The position numbers and the translations under genes were made by a program. Under the pieces are notes generated by a model that ran no database searches, was not told the DNA's origin, and was given only the letters and a program-made list of their open reading frames with translations. This document shows, piece by piece, positions 56,030 to 62,004 of a DNA stretch of 62,004 nt. The stretch covers positions 109,298-171,301 of the forward strand of contig NVXJ01000001.1 in NCBI GenBank assembly GCA_002733885.1. The letters are read 5' to 3'. The stretch is from Arcobacter sp. GTDB taxonomy: Bacteria; Campylobacterota; Campylobacteria; Campylobacterales; Sulfurimonadaceae. Numbering within the stretch: position 1 is the stretch's first letter; every line of letters starts with the position of its first letter.

Positions 56030-57561
56030 GAGACTACTTGATTTCGCCCATTTTCTTTTGCCTTATACAACTTATCATCTGCTGCCTTCATCATGAGCTT
56101 TACAGAGGGATATTCTTCTCTAAAAGCAATACCTCCACTAATGGTCACTTGCAATTTATTTCCGGCGTGTACAAAGCGAGAGATCTCAAGCTTTTTTCTT
56201 ACCTTATCTGCAAATACTGTCGCACCCTTATGGTCCGTTTCAGAAAGAATGGCTAAAAATTCTTCTCCTCCATAACGTCCAACAATATCAACATTTCGTG
56301 CTATCTTCTTAAAAATCTGAGCAAAACCCCTTAAGACAACATCTCCAGCGTCATGACCATAAGTATCATTCACTACCTTAAACAAATCAATATCAAAAAA
56401 GACTATGCTATAAGGTTTTTTATATCGTTTAAATTCACCCTCTCTAATGTCTAAAAATTCATCCAAAGCGCGCTTATTATAAAGTTTAGTAAGAACATCC
56501 TCTCTTGAGGCTTTCTTTACAAGAACTAACTCTTTTTCAAGTTCTTGTATCTTCTTTTCCATTTCTAGTACTTCTTCATTATGCTCTTTTAATTCTGAGC
56601 TTAGAAGATGGGTCTCTTCTTCTAGTGAAGAGGCAATGGTATAAAGTTTTTTATGGGCTGACCTAAAATCATCACTTTTCTCTAATTCTAAGCTTTCAAG
56701 ATTTTTCTTGATTTTTGAAATTTCTTTACCTGAATGGTCCGTTTTTTCAATAAGAGCAAGAATTTGAATAGAGAGTTTTTCTAGTATATTATCAAGGGTC
56801 ACTAACATCTTTTTAATATGTGATTTATCCAAAGATATACGCAGTTTAATTGCTTTTTTGATGGTTTTCATCATCGATTCTGAATTTAAACTTTGAGGGT
56901 ATTTTCTTATTTCTTCAGATATAAGAGCTAACTCTTCATTCACTGAAGAAGCAATAGAAGGGCTAAATGAGGCAATAAAAAGTAAGGCTAGGTTTTGGTA
57001 CTCGCCCTCATTTTCAGATGAAACCTCTAGTTTTAAGTTTTCTATCGTGTTTTTAATATCATGTTTATTAACCTTACCCAAGGGTCTTAAAAGGTCTAAA
57101 AAACTATCATCATAGCTTGTTAAAAAATCAATCCAATTATCTTTAATTTTTTCAACTTGAGAAGCATTTGTCACAAGGTCTAAGTCTTTAATTGACTTAG
57201 TTGAAAGCGCTGAAAGTTGAGCATTATGCATAGAGGCTATGGTTTGTAGGATACGTTTTAGTAAGGCATTAAGCGCCACATTTTGGGCATTTGATTCTGC
57301 AGGGTTTGTTCGATTAAGTTTAGCAATAAAATACGTAACAAGTTCATTAAGAGTTTTAACCCTATACTGTTTCAACTCGTCTTGCAAGGTCTTATCAAGT
57401 TTTTTTGTAAACTTTTGAACCTGGTTACAATCTTCAATAATAATACCTGCTGCCTTAGCTTCTTTACAAAAAGCTTCCATATAAAAGTCAGGCGTCATTT
57501 GCTTATTTTCTTTTTTAAGTCTTTCAAATGTACGTTTAATAATCTGATTAATTGTCATCAA
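56026..57561 (-). CDS. diguanylate cyclase (GGDEF) with long uncharacterised coiled-coil N-terminal region
   Basis: FFDIDLFKVVNDTYGHDAGD, GGEEF at nt 56257-56271 (aa 431-435), and an RNVD I-site exactly five residues upstream. No TM segment. Confidence 0.9.
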   Translation of the reverse strand: MMTINQIIKRTFERLKKENKQMTPDFYMEAFCKEAKAAGIIIEDCNQVQKFTKKLDKTLQDELKQYRVKTLNELVTYFIAKLNRTNPAESNAQNVALNALLKRILQTIASMHNAQLSALSTKSIKDLDLVTNASQVEKIKDNWIDFLTSYDDSFLDLLRPLGKVNKHDIKNTIENLKLEVSSENEGEYQNLALLFIASFSPSIASSVNEELALISEEIRKYPQSLNSESMMKTIKKAIKLRISLDKSHIKKMLVTLDNILEKLSIQILALIEKTDHSGKEISKIKKNLESLELEKSDDFRSAHKKLYTIASSLEEETHLLSSELKEHNEEVLEMEKKIQELEKELVLVKKASREDVLTKLYNKRALDEFLDIREGEFKRYKKPYSIVFFDIDLFKVVNDTYGHDAGDVVLRGFAQIFKKIARNVDIVGRYGGEEFLAILSETDHKGATVFADKVRKKLEISRFVHAGNKLQVTISGGIAFREEYPSVKLMMKAADDKLYKAKENGRNQVVS

Positions 57562-57598
57562 TTTTCCTTAACTAGTTTCTAAAGCACTTCTTTCTAAC

Positions 57599-58099
57599 TT
57601 ATAACTCACTTCCTTCAGCACCCACTTGGGCAACAAATGAATCAAGCGCTTTTAAAGAAGCATTTGTAATAGCATTAAAACGTTGGGTATCTGTAATGAC
57701 AGCATTTGGCTCAATACTAAAATCAAAATTACCTCTTGATGTATAAGACTGACTCTGCGCTGAACTACTACGTGTAACACGTATATTTACCACTGCTCGA
57801 TATACAATTATATAACCATTTTCATCATATTGCAAAGGGATAAACCCAATTCCCGACATTTCCACAAGTAATATTGTTCTTGCCTTATCCTTAGGCACTA
57901 AGGATGAATGGAAACGAGTTACTACTGCTCTACGTGTCGCGTCCTTAATTATAACCGCATTTTCAGGGTCTTGAAGAGAAACGACTACATCAACATAAAC
58001 ATTTTTTCCCACTACTTTTCGCGCTTGTTTGGAAGCAGGAAGGTACCCACAACCTGCAATAAACACTAAAAGTAAAAAGACAGAAAAAAGTTTTTTCAT
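57599..58099 (-). CDS. lptE: LPS-assembly lipoprotein LptE-like
   Basis: Lipobox LLLVFIAGCGY, 166 aa, immediately downstream of leuS (stop and start abut). This is the conserved leuS-lptE arrangement. Confidence 0.7.
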   Translation of the reverse strand: MKKLFSVFLLLVFIAGCGYLPASKQARKVVGKNVYVDVVVSLQDPENAVIIKDATRRAVVTRFHSSLVPKDKARTILLVEMSGIGFIPLQYDENGYIIVYRAVVNIRVTRSSSAQSQSYTSRGNFDFSIEPNAVITDTQRFNAITNASLKALDSFVAQVGAEGSEL

Positions 58100-60547
58100 T
58101 TATTTAACAACCAAATTGACAAGCTTATTAGGAACAACTATCTCTTTAACAATAGTAAGACCTTCTAACCATTTAGCCCCTGCTTCTTTAGCAAGTACAA
58201 TAATCTCTTCTTTTGAAGCAGATGGAGAAACTTCTATCTGAGTACGATTTTTACCATTTATAGAAACACCAAGCATTACCGTATCAACAGTAAATACTTC
58301 TTCAAGAACCACTTGTTTCATAAGGTTTTTACGCTTAAATAAGGTATCTGACACTTCCCAAGCAAGGTGAGGAACAATTGGCTCTATAATAGATGAAAGA
58401 ATCCAATACCCTTCTGTCCATACATCTGCATTATCTTGCTCATTTAGTGCGTTCATAGCCTCCATAACACCGGCTATCATTGTATTAAAGGTATGACGTT
58501 CAACAAAGACTTCATTTGCACGTACTAGCGCGTCATATACCTTTTTACGGGCTGCTTTTTCTGCCTTTGAAAGTTCATCATGCTTGATACTAGGAATGCT
58601 CTGGGTTTCATAAGCATTTTTACTTCTATCAGCAAAACGCTTTAAGAACTTAAATGCACCCTCAACCCCTTGGTCATTCCACTCTAACTCTTGAGTAGGA
58701 GGCGCTGCAAAAAGGATAAACAGTCTCGCAGTATCTGCTCCATACTTTTCTACTAAGGCGTCAGGATCAACAGTGTTTCCCTTAGACTTAGACATTTTTG
58801 TCCCATCTTTAAGTACCATCCCTTGAGTCAGTAAATGCTCAAATGGCTCATCTTGATTAACATAACCTAGGTCACGCATAACCTTAGTAAAGAAACGTGC
58901 GTATAAAAGGTGTAAAATTGCATGTTCAATCCCACCAATATAATGATCCACACCCATCCAGTAATCAAGTTCTTTTTTATCAAAGGCCTTATCTTCCCAA
59001 ATAGAAGGACTCGCTGTATAACGTAAGAAATACCAAGAAGACTGAACAAAGGTGTCCATCGTATCTGTTTCTCTAATCGCATCTTTTCCACATTGGCTAC
59101 ATTTACAATGCTTCCATGTAGGATGATGATCAAGTGGATTTCCCTCACCGGTGATTTCTATATCTTCAGGAAGAGCGACAGGAAGGTTCTCTTTTTTCTC
59201 CATCACTAAGCCACAGTCTTCACAATGAATAAATGGAAGTGGCGCTCCCCAGTAACGTTGGCGTGAAACACCCCAGTCTTTTAACTTAAAGTTAATCACT
59301 TTTTTACCAAGACCATTGGTATCAAAGTAATGCATAATAGTACCCTGAGACTTTTTAGACGCTAGTCCATCAAACTCCCCTGAGTTAAAAAGAATTCCTG
59401 TTTCAGTAAAGGCCTTCCCCTCAGGTAAGTCTCCCTTCTTTGGCTTAATAACGGCATTAATTTCTAAGTCATACTTCTTAGCAAAGTCATAATCTCTATC
59501 ATCATGAGCAGGAACCGCCATAACTGCTCCTGAACCATAATCCATAAGTACAAAGTTAGCTATCCATACAGGAATACATTTACCCGTTAGTGGATGAATC
59601 ACAGAGATGTCTAAAGACACCCCTGCCTTTTCTTTTTGTCTGTCTATAGAAGAAGCGTTTTTCATAGCTTTTATCTGAGTAGACGCTTCTTCACTAAGAA
59701 GCCCATTATCAAGCATATAGCTAACAATATCATGCTCAGGAGCAAGGGCACAATAAGACACTCCATAAATAGTATCAGGACGTGTAGTAAATACATCAAA
59801 CTTTTCAAACTCGTTATTTAACTTAGTCTTAGAAGCCTCATCAAAATGCAGGTCAAATTCTAAACCCGTTGACTTACCAATCCAGTTTTCTTGCATAGTA
59901 AGAACCTGTTTAGGCCAACCTCCCTCAAGCTTTTTTAAATCAGCTAATAATTCATCTGTATAATCTGTAATCTTAAAGTAGTACTGATTCATCTCTTTTT
60001 TAACAACAGGCGTATCACAACGCCAACAACAACCATCAACTACCTGCTCATTTGCAAGTACCGTTTGGTCATTTTCACACCAGTTAAGAAGGCCAGTTTT
60101 AGAATACATCAAGCCTTTTTCATACATATCAATGATAAAACCTTGCTCAAACTTCGTATAAAGTTCATCTGAGGTTGCAAACTCTCTTTTTTTAGAAAAG
60201 GAAAGCCCTAAACGCGCTAGTTCTTTACGCATATAGTCTATATTGTCATAAGTCCATTGTTTAGGATGAGCACCGTTTTTAATCGCCGCATTTTCAGCAG
60301 GCATACCGAAGCTATCCCAACCAATAGGATGTAAAACATTTTTACCCTCTTGACGATAACGTCTAGCAAAGGCATCACCAATAGTATAGTTACGCACATG
60401 CCCCATATGCAAACGTCCACTAGGAAAAGGGAACATAGATAAAATATATTTTTTGTCTAAACTATAATCTTCACTTGGTTCAAAACTTTCATTTTCATCC
60501 CAAAACTTCTGCCACTTGCTTTCTACTTCACTTGCTATGTATTCCAA
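58100..60547 (-). CDS. leuS: leucine--tRNA ligase
   Basis: HMGHVRNY (HIGH), the CP1 editing domain, KMSKSKGN (KMSKS). TTG start at 60547 with GAGGAAA 5 nt upstream. Confidence 0.98.
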   Translation of the reverse strand: MEYIASEVESKWQKFWDENESFEPSEDYSLDKKYILSMFPFPSGRLHMGHVRNYTIGDAFARRYRQEGKNVLHPIGWDSFGMPAENAAIKNGAHPKQWTYDNIDYMRKELARLGLSFSKKREFATSDELYTKFEQGFIIDMYEKGLMYSKTGLLNWCENDQTVLANEQVVDGCCWRCDTPVVKKEMNQYYFKITDYTDELLADLKKLEGGWPKQVLTMQENWIGKSTGLEFDLHFDEASKTKLNNEFEKFDVFTTRPDTIYGVSYCALAPEHDIVSYMLDNGLLSEEASTQIKAMKNASSIDRQKEKAGVSLDISVIHPLTGKCIPVWIANFVLMDYGSGAVMAVPAHDDRDYDFAKKYDLEINAVIKPKKGDLPEGKAFTETGILFNSGEFDGLASKKSQGTIMHYFDTNGLGKKVINFKLKDWGVSRQRYWGAPLPFIHCEDCGLVMEKKENLPVALPEDIEITGEGNPLDHHPTWKHCKCSQCGKDAIRETDTMDTFVQSSWYFLRYTASPSIWEDKAFDKKELDYWMGVDHYIGGIEHAILHLLYARFFTKVMRDLGYVNQDEPFEHLLTQGMVLKDGTKMSKSKGNTVDPDALVEKYGADTARLFILFAAPPTQELEWNDQGVEGAFKFLKRFADRSKNAYETQSIPSIKHDELSKAEKAARKKVYDALVRANEVFVERHTFNTMIAGVMEAMNALNEQDNADVWTEGYWILSSIIEPIVPHLAWEVSDTLFKRKNLMKQVVLEEVFTVDTVMLGVSINGKNRTQIEVSPSASKEEIIVLAKEAGAKWLEGLTIVKEIVVPNKLVNLVVK

Positions 60548-60581
60548 ACTATTTCCTCGTTCTTATGTTTTGGATAACAAT

Positions 60582-60627
60582 TTGTGCGGCTACGCCTTTT
60601 CAAGACATCCCTACGCGACCACCACGG
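60582..60627 (-). repeat. 46-nt GC-rich element, copy 1 (34 nt upstream of the leuS start)
   Basis: Plus-strand sequence: ttgtgcggctaCgcc-N20-gaccAccacgg. The termini match copy 2. Confidence 0.8.
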
Positions 60628-60718
60628 TTTGTTTTCCACTGCACTATTTTAATCTGTAATCATTAATATTAAAAGGTATCTAATACCACTTAAGAGTAAT
60701 GACTTATTTAAAAGCCAT

Positions 60719-60773
60719 TTGTCCACAGATTAAAATCAATTAAATCTACTCAATCTGTGGACAACTCTTTTTT
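60719..60773. terminator. 13-bp perfect hairpin with a T6 tail on the plus strand and a weaker U4 on the minus strand
   Basis: ttgtccacagatt (60719-60731) pairs with aatctgtggacaa (60752-60764), with a 20-nt loop. Plus strand continues ctcTTTTTT (T6 at 60768-60773). Minus strand continues AUGGCUUUUAAA. Confidence 0.5.
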
Positions 60774-60783
60774 AAAACTAGTA

Positions 60784-60829
60784 TTGTGCGGCTAGGCCTG
60801 ATACTTCTTGCTAAGCAAGACCGCCACGG
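60784..60829 (-). repeat. 46-nt GC-rich element, copy 2 (abuts the stop codon of the small membrane-protein gene)
   Basis: Plus-strand sequence: ttgtgcggctaGgcc-N20-gaccGccacgg. Same length as copy 1. The 15-nt and 11-nt termini differ from copy 1 by one base each. Confidence 0.8.
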
Positions 60830-61168
60830 CTAGTATTCTTCTCTTTGTCTAGCACTTTCAACAAGAACAAGTCCCATTGAAAAGATATTAGCGATAAGAG
60901 CACCAATAGCTAAGGCAGTTGCCCATTCTACGTTTCCAATAATTACTAAATAAATAAAGGCAGGAATAAGGTGTAAGTCAGCCACTAAAGAACTTGCAAG
61001 AAGTTCAGCCGCAAGCAAGTTTCTAACACCAATTTTCAAGATAGTAGACACTAGATTTAATGACCCAGCCATAAACAAGGCAATAGGACTATGCTCATAT
61101 AAAAAACCTGCTGTTGACGTTAAACTCATTAATGTGAAGAACACATAAATTACTTTTCCCCAATCCAT
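60830..61168 (-). CDS. small integral membrane protein (about 4 TM), function unknown
   Basis: 112 aa from ATG 61168, which has AAGGA 5 nt upstream. The track's earlier ATG 61198 has no RBS and lies inside a strong hairpin. Hydrophobic segments: VIYVFFTLMSLTSTAGFL, IALFMAGSLNLVSTIL, LIPAFIYLVIIG, ATALAIGALIANIFSMGLVLV. Confidence 0.75.
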   Translation of the reverse strand: MDWGKVIYVFFTLMSLTSTAGFLYEHSPIALFMAGSLNLVSTILKIGVRNLLAAELLASSLVADLHLIPAFIYLVIIGNVEWATALAIGALIANIFSMGLVLVESARQREEY

Positions 61169-61193
61169 TTGATTCCTTTGTATTAGTTTATAC

Positions 61194-61277
61194 GGCATCG
61201 GAGCAAAGCCCCGACACCTACGCTAACGCTTTGTTTAACTCGGCGTTAAGCCCACGTGCAGTAATCCGCACTTTGGG
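61194..61277 (-). promoter_or_regulatory. GC-rich structured 5' leader (three consecutive hairpins) upstream of the small membrane-protein gene
   Basis: Read on the minus strand: P1 61277-61251 (CCCAAAGUGC/GCACGUGGG), P2 61249-61223 (UUAACGC/GCGUUAG), P3 61218-61194 (GGUGUCGGGGC-UUU-GCUCCGAUGCC, 11 bp). The G-U pairs work only on the minus-strand RNA. Confidence 0.35.
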
Positions 61278-61282
61278 TTGTT

Positions 61283-61337
61283 AAAATCGAACACTCGACT
61301 AATAGCTTTAGTTTTATTTCCTAATTACTATTCGAGT
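61283..61337 (-). terminator. possible secF terminator (interrupted hairpin followed by U4)
   Basis: On the minus strand, ACUCGAAUAG (61337-61328) pairs with CUAU(UAG)UCGAGU (61305-61293). It is followed by GUUCGAUUUU. Confidence 0.3.
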
Positions 61338-61373
61338 CTTTAATTTTTTGGCTATTTTATGTAAGGTAAAGCC

Positions 61374-62004
61374 TTACATCGTTCCTTGTTCGAATTGTGC
61401 TCTCATTTTATCTTTTTCTATTCTTCTTTTTTCTTTTTCTGACAGTTTCTTTCTGAAGGCTTTGATATCAAAACCTAACCATATCAACACTGGAGAGGCT
61501 ACAAAAATTGAAGAGTATGTACCAACAATTATACCCACTAAAAGAGTAAAACCAAATCCGTGGATAATCTCACCACCGTACATCCAAAGCGTAAGAACAA
61601 CAAAGAAAGTTGTTAATGAGGTCAGTGTTGTACGTGAAAGTGTACGTGTTACAGACTCATTAATAACCTCTGCAAGAACTGCTGATTTTATCTTGTTAAT
61701 TCCCTCACGAATACGGTCAAAAACGATAATCGTATCATTTAGAGAATAACCAAGTATAGTAAGCATAGCCGCTAAGATATCAAGGTTTACCTCAATAGCA
61801 AAAAGTGAGATAGCTCCCATTGCAATAGAAATATCATGAATTAAGGCCACGACAGAAGCAAGAGCAAAACGCCACTCAAATCTAAAAGAAACATAGATTA
61901 AAATCCCGATAATTGCTAAAACCATAGCCATTATCCCTTTTTCTCTTAGTTCGTTTCCAACCTTTGGTCCAACGATATCAACACGTCTTATCTCAAAGTT
62001 GCCT
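61374..62004 (-). CDS. secF: protein translocase subunit SecF, 5' end cut by the window edge
   Basis: The frame stays open from 61931 to the right edge (...RRVDIVGPKVGNELREKGIMAMVLAI...). FRFEWRFALASVVALIHD, LNDTIIVFDRIRE and TRTLSRTTLTSLTT are typical SecF TM-domain motifs. Confidence 0.93.
   Translation of the reverse strand, partial: GNFEIRRVDIVGPKVGNELREKGIMAMVLAIIGILIYVSFRFEWRFALASVVALIHDISIAMGAISLFAIEVNLDILAAMLTILGYSLNDTIIVFDRIREGINKIKSAVLAEVINESVTRTLSRTTLTSLTTFFVVLTLWMYGGEIIHGFGFTLLVGIIVGTYSSIFVASPVLIWLGFDIKAFRKKLSEKEKRRIEKDKMRAQFEQGTM

Noticed and set aside
60548-60829. T-box riboswitch leader for leuS
   Set aside because: The length (282 nt) and a GUGGUGGUCGCG string vaguely recall the T-box GGUGGUACCGCG core. 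However, the 14-nt T-box is not intact. The only long helix is a perfect 13-bp hairpin without a specifier loop, K-turn or AG-bulge features. No terminator/antiterminator alternative is evident. As far as I know, T-boxes are not expected in this lineage.
61359-61379. 8-bp hairpin (atgtaagg/ccttacat) spanning the secF stop codon as a terminator
   Set aside because: There is no U-run after it on the minus strand, where it is followed by an A-rich tract. Nothing is terminator-like on the plus strand either. A more plausible, though still weak, terminator lies at 61283-61337.
648-61749. Short ORF-track entries lying antisense to, or nested in, long well-supported genes: 648..860, 999..1229, 1924..2127, 2440..2703, 7537..7725, 7632..7877, 9023..9247, 11088..11303, 11619..11852, 12339..12548, 15213..15413, 16386..16744, 17451..17678, 22538..22783, 25077..25274, 38783..38977, 40449..40676, 43168..43353, 46186..46401, 47824..48105, 49822..50007, 51708..51977, 52551..52757, 54370..54636, 55401..55643, 56038..56275, 57382..57582, 58029..58241, 58867..59148, 59636..59821, 60238..60420, 60475..60666, 61348..61749
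   Set aside because: Each overlaps a gene with clear family motifs on the other strand or in another frame. They have low-complexity or odd composition (Phe/Ile/Leu/Ser-rich mirror translations of AT-rich coding DNA). None has a convincing RBS or any recognisable motif.
1-62004. Mobile elements, prophage remnants, defence systems (restriction-modification, toxin-antitoxin, CRISPR-Cas, retrons and the like), and tRNA or rRNA genes
   Set aside because: I found no transposase, integrase, recombinase, nuclease, methylase or reverse-transcriptase motifs in any frame I inspected. There are no inverted terminal repeats flanking the accessory block and no cloverleaf-like GC-rich 70-90 nt segments. 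The accessory character of 3-40 kb is explained by the polysaccharide locus itself.

Overview
This is an AT-rich chromosomal segment that looks like a member of the Campylobacterota. The evidence is the secF-leuS-lptE-...-folC order, a csd1/ccmA-like cell-shape pair, and short-type Pgi and MetK. All calls come from reading the ORF translations and the DNA by eye. No searches were run, and start codons are best guesses.

Two parts:

(1) About 3.0-40.8 kb is one very large, almost gap-free, mostly minus-strand surface-polysaccharide (capsule/O-antigen-type) locus. It contains:
- Wzx flippase and Wzy polymerase.
- Wza, Wzc and a PHP-type phosphatase for export.
- About 9 glycosyltransferases, including a tandem GT2 duplication, and a putative pyruvyl transferase.
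- An rmlA-rmlB-DegT amino-sugar cassette with a second DegT-like enzyme, a GNAT, WbqC and an ATP-grasp/HAD fusion.
- A CapK/PaaK-like adenylating enzyme and an AT3 O-acyltransferase.
- Precursor genes: manC, kdsD/kdsC/kdsA, a WbpO/WbpP-type UDP-HexNAc dehydrogenase/epimerase pair, and ugd.

The most unusual element is a stand-alone NRPS module (condensation-domain remnant, adenylation, carrier and thioesterase domains). Its hand-derived specificity code is DFWNIGMVHK, the L-Thr signature. Its thioesterase has Cys in the nucleophile position (GYCMG). The locus therefore looks built to make a heavily non-carbohydrate-decorated, probably amino-acid-bearing, acidic glycan by a route I do not recognise as described.

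(2) About 40.9-62.0 kb is conserved housekeeping: metK, galE, pgi, rho, murI, dnaX, ymdB-like, an OMP, mfd, bactofilin, M23 peptidase, folC, a GGDEF protein, lptE, leuS, a small membrane protein and secF (cut by the window edge).

Smaller observations:
- A one-base frameshift truncating kdsD at an A5 tract.
- An A10 slippery run in dnaX with immediate stops in both alternative frames.
- A roughly 93-bp tandem repeat that re-copies the dnaX 3' end.
- Two unlisted small ORFs: a 49-aa ORF coupled to wbqC and a 42-aa lipoprotein.
- A pair of 46-nt GC-rich elements with conserved termini, plus a three-hairpin GC-rich leader, around the small membrane gene upstream of leuS.

I saw no rRNA or tRNA genes, CRISPR arrays, transposases or integrases.
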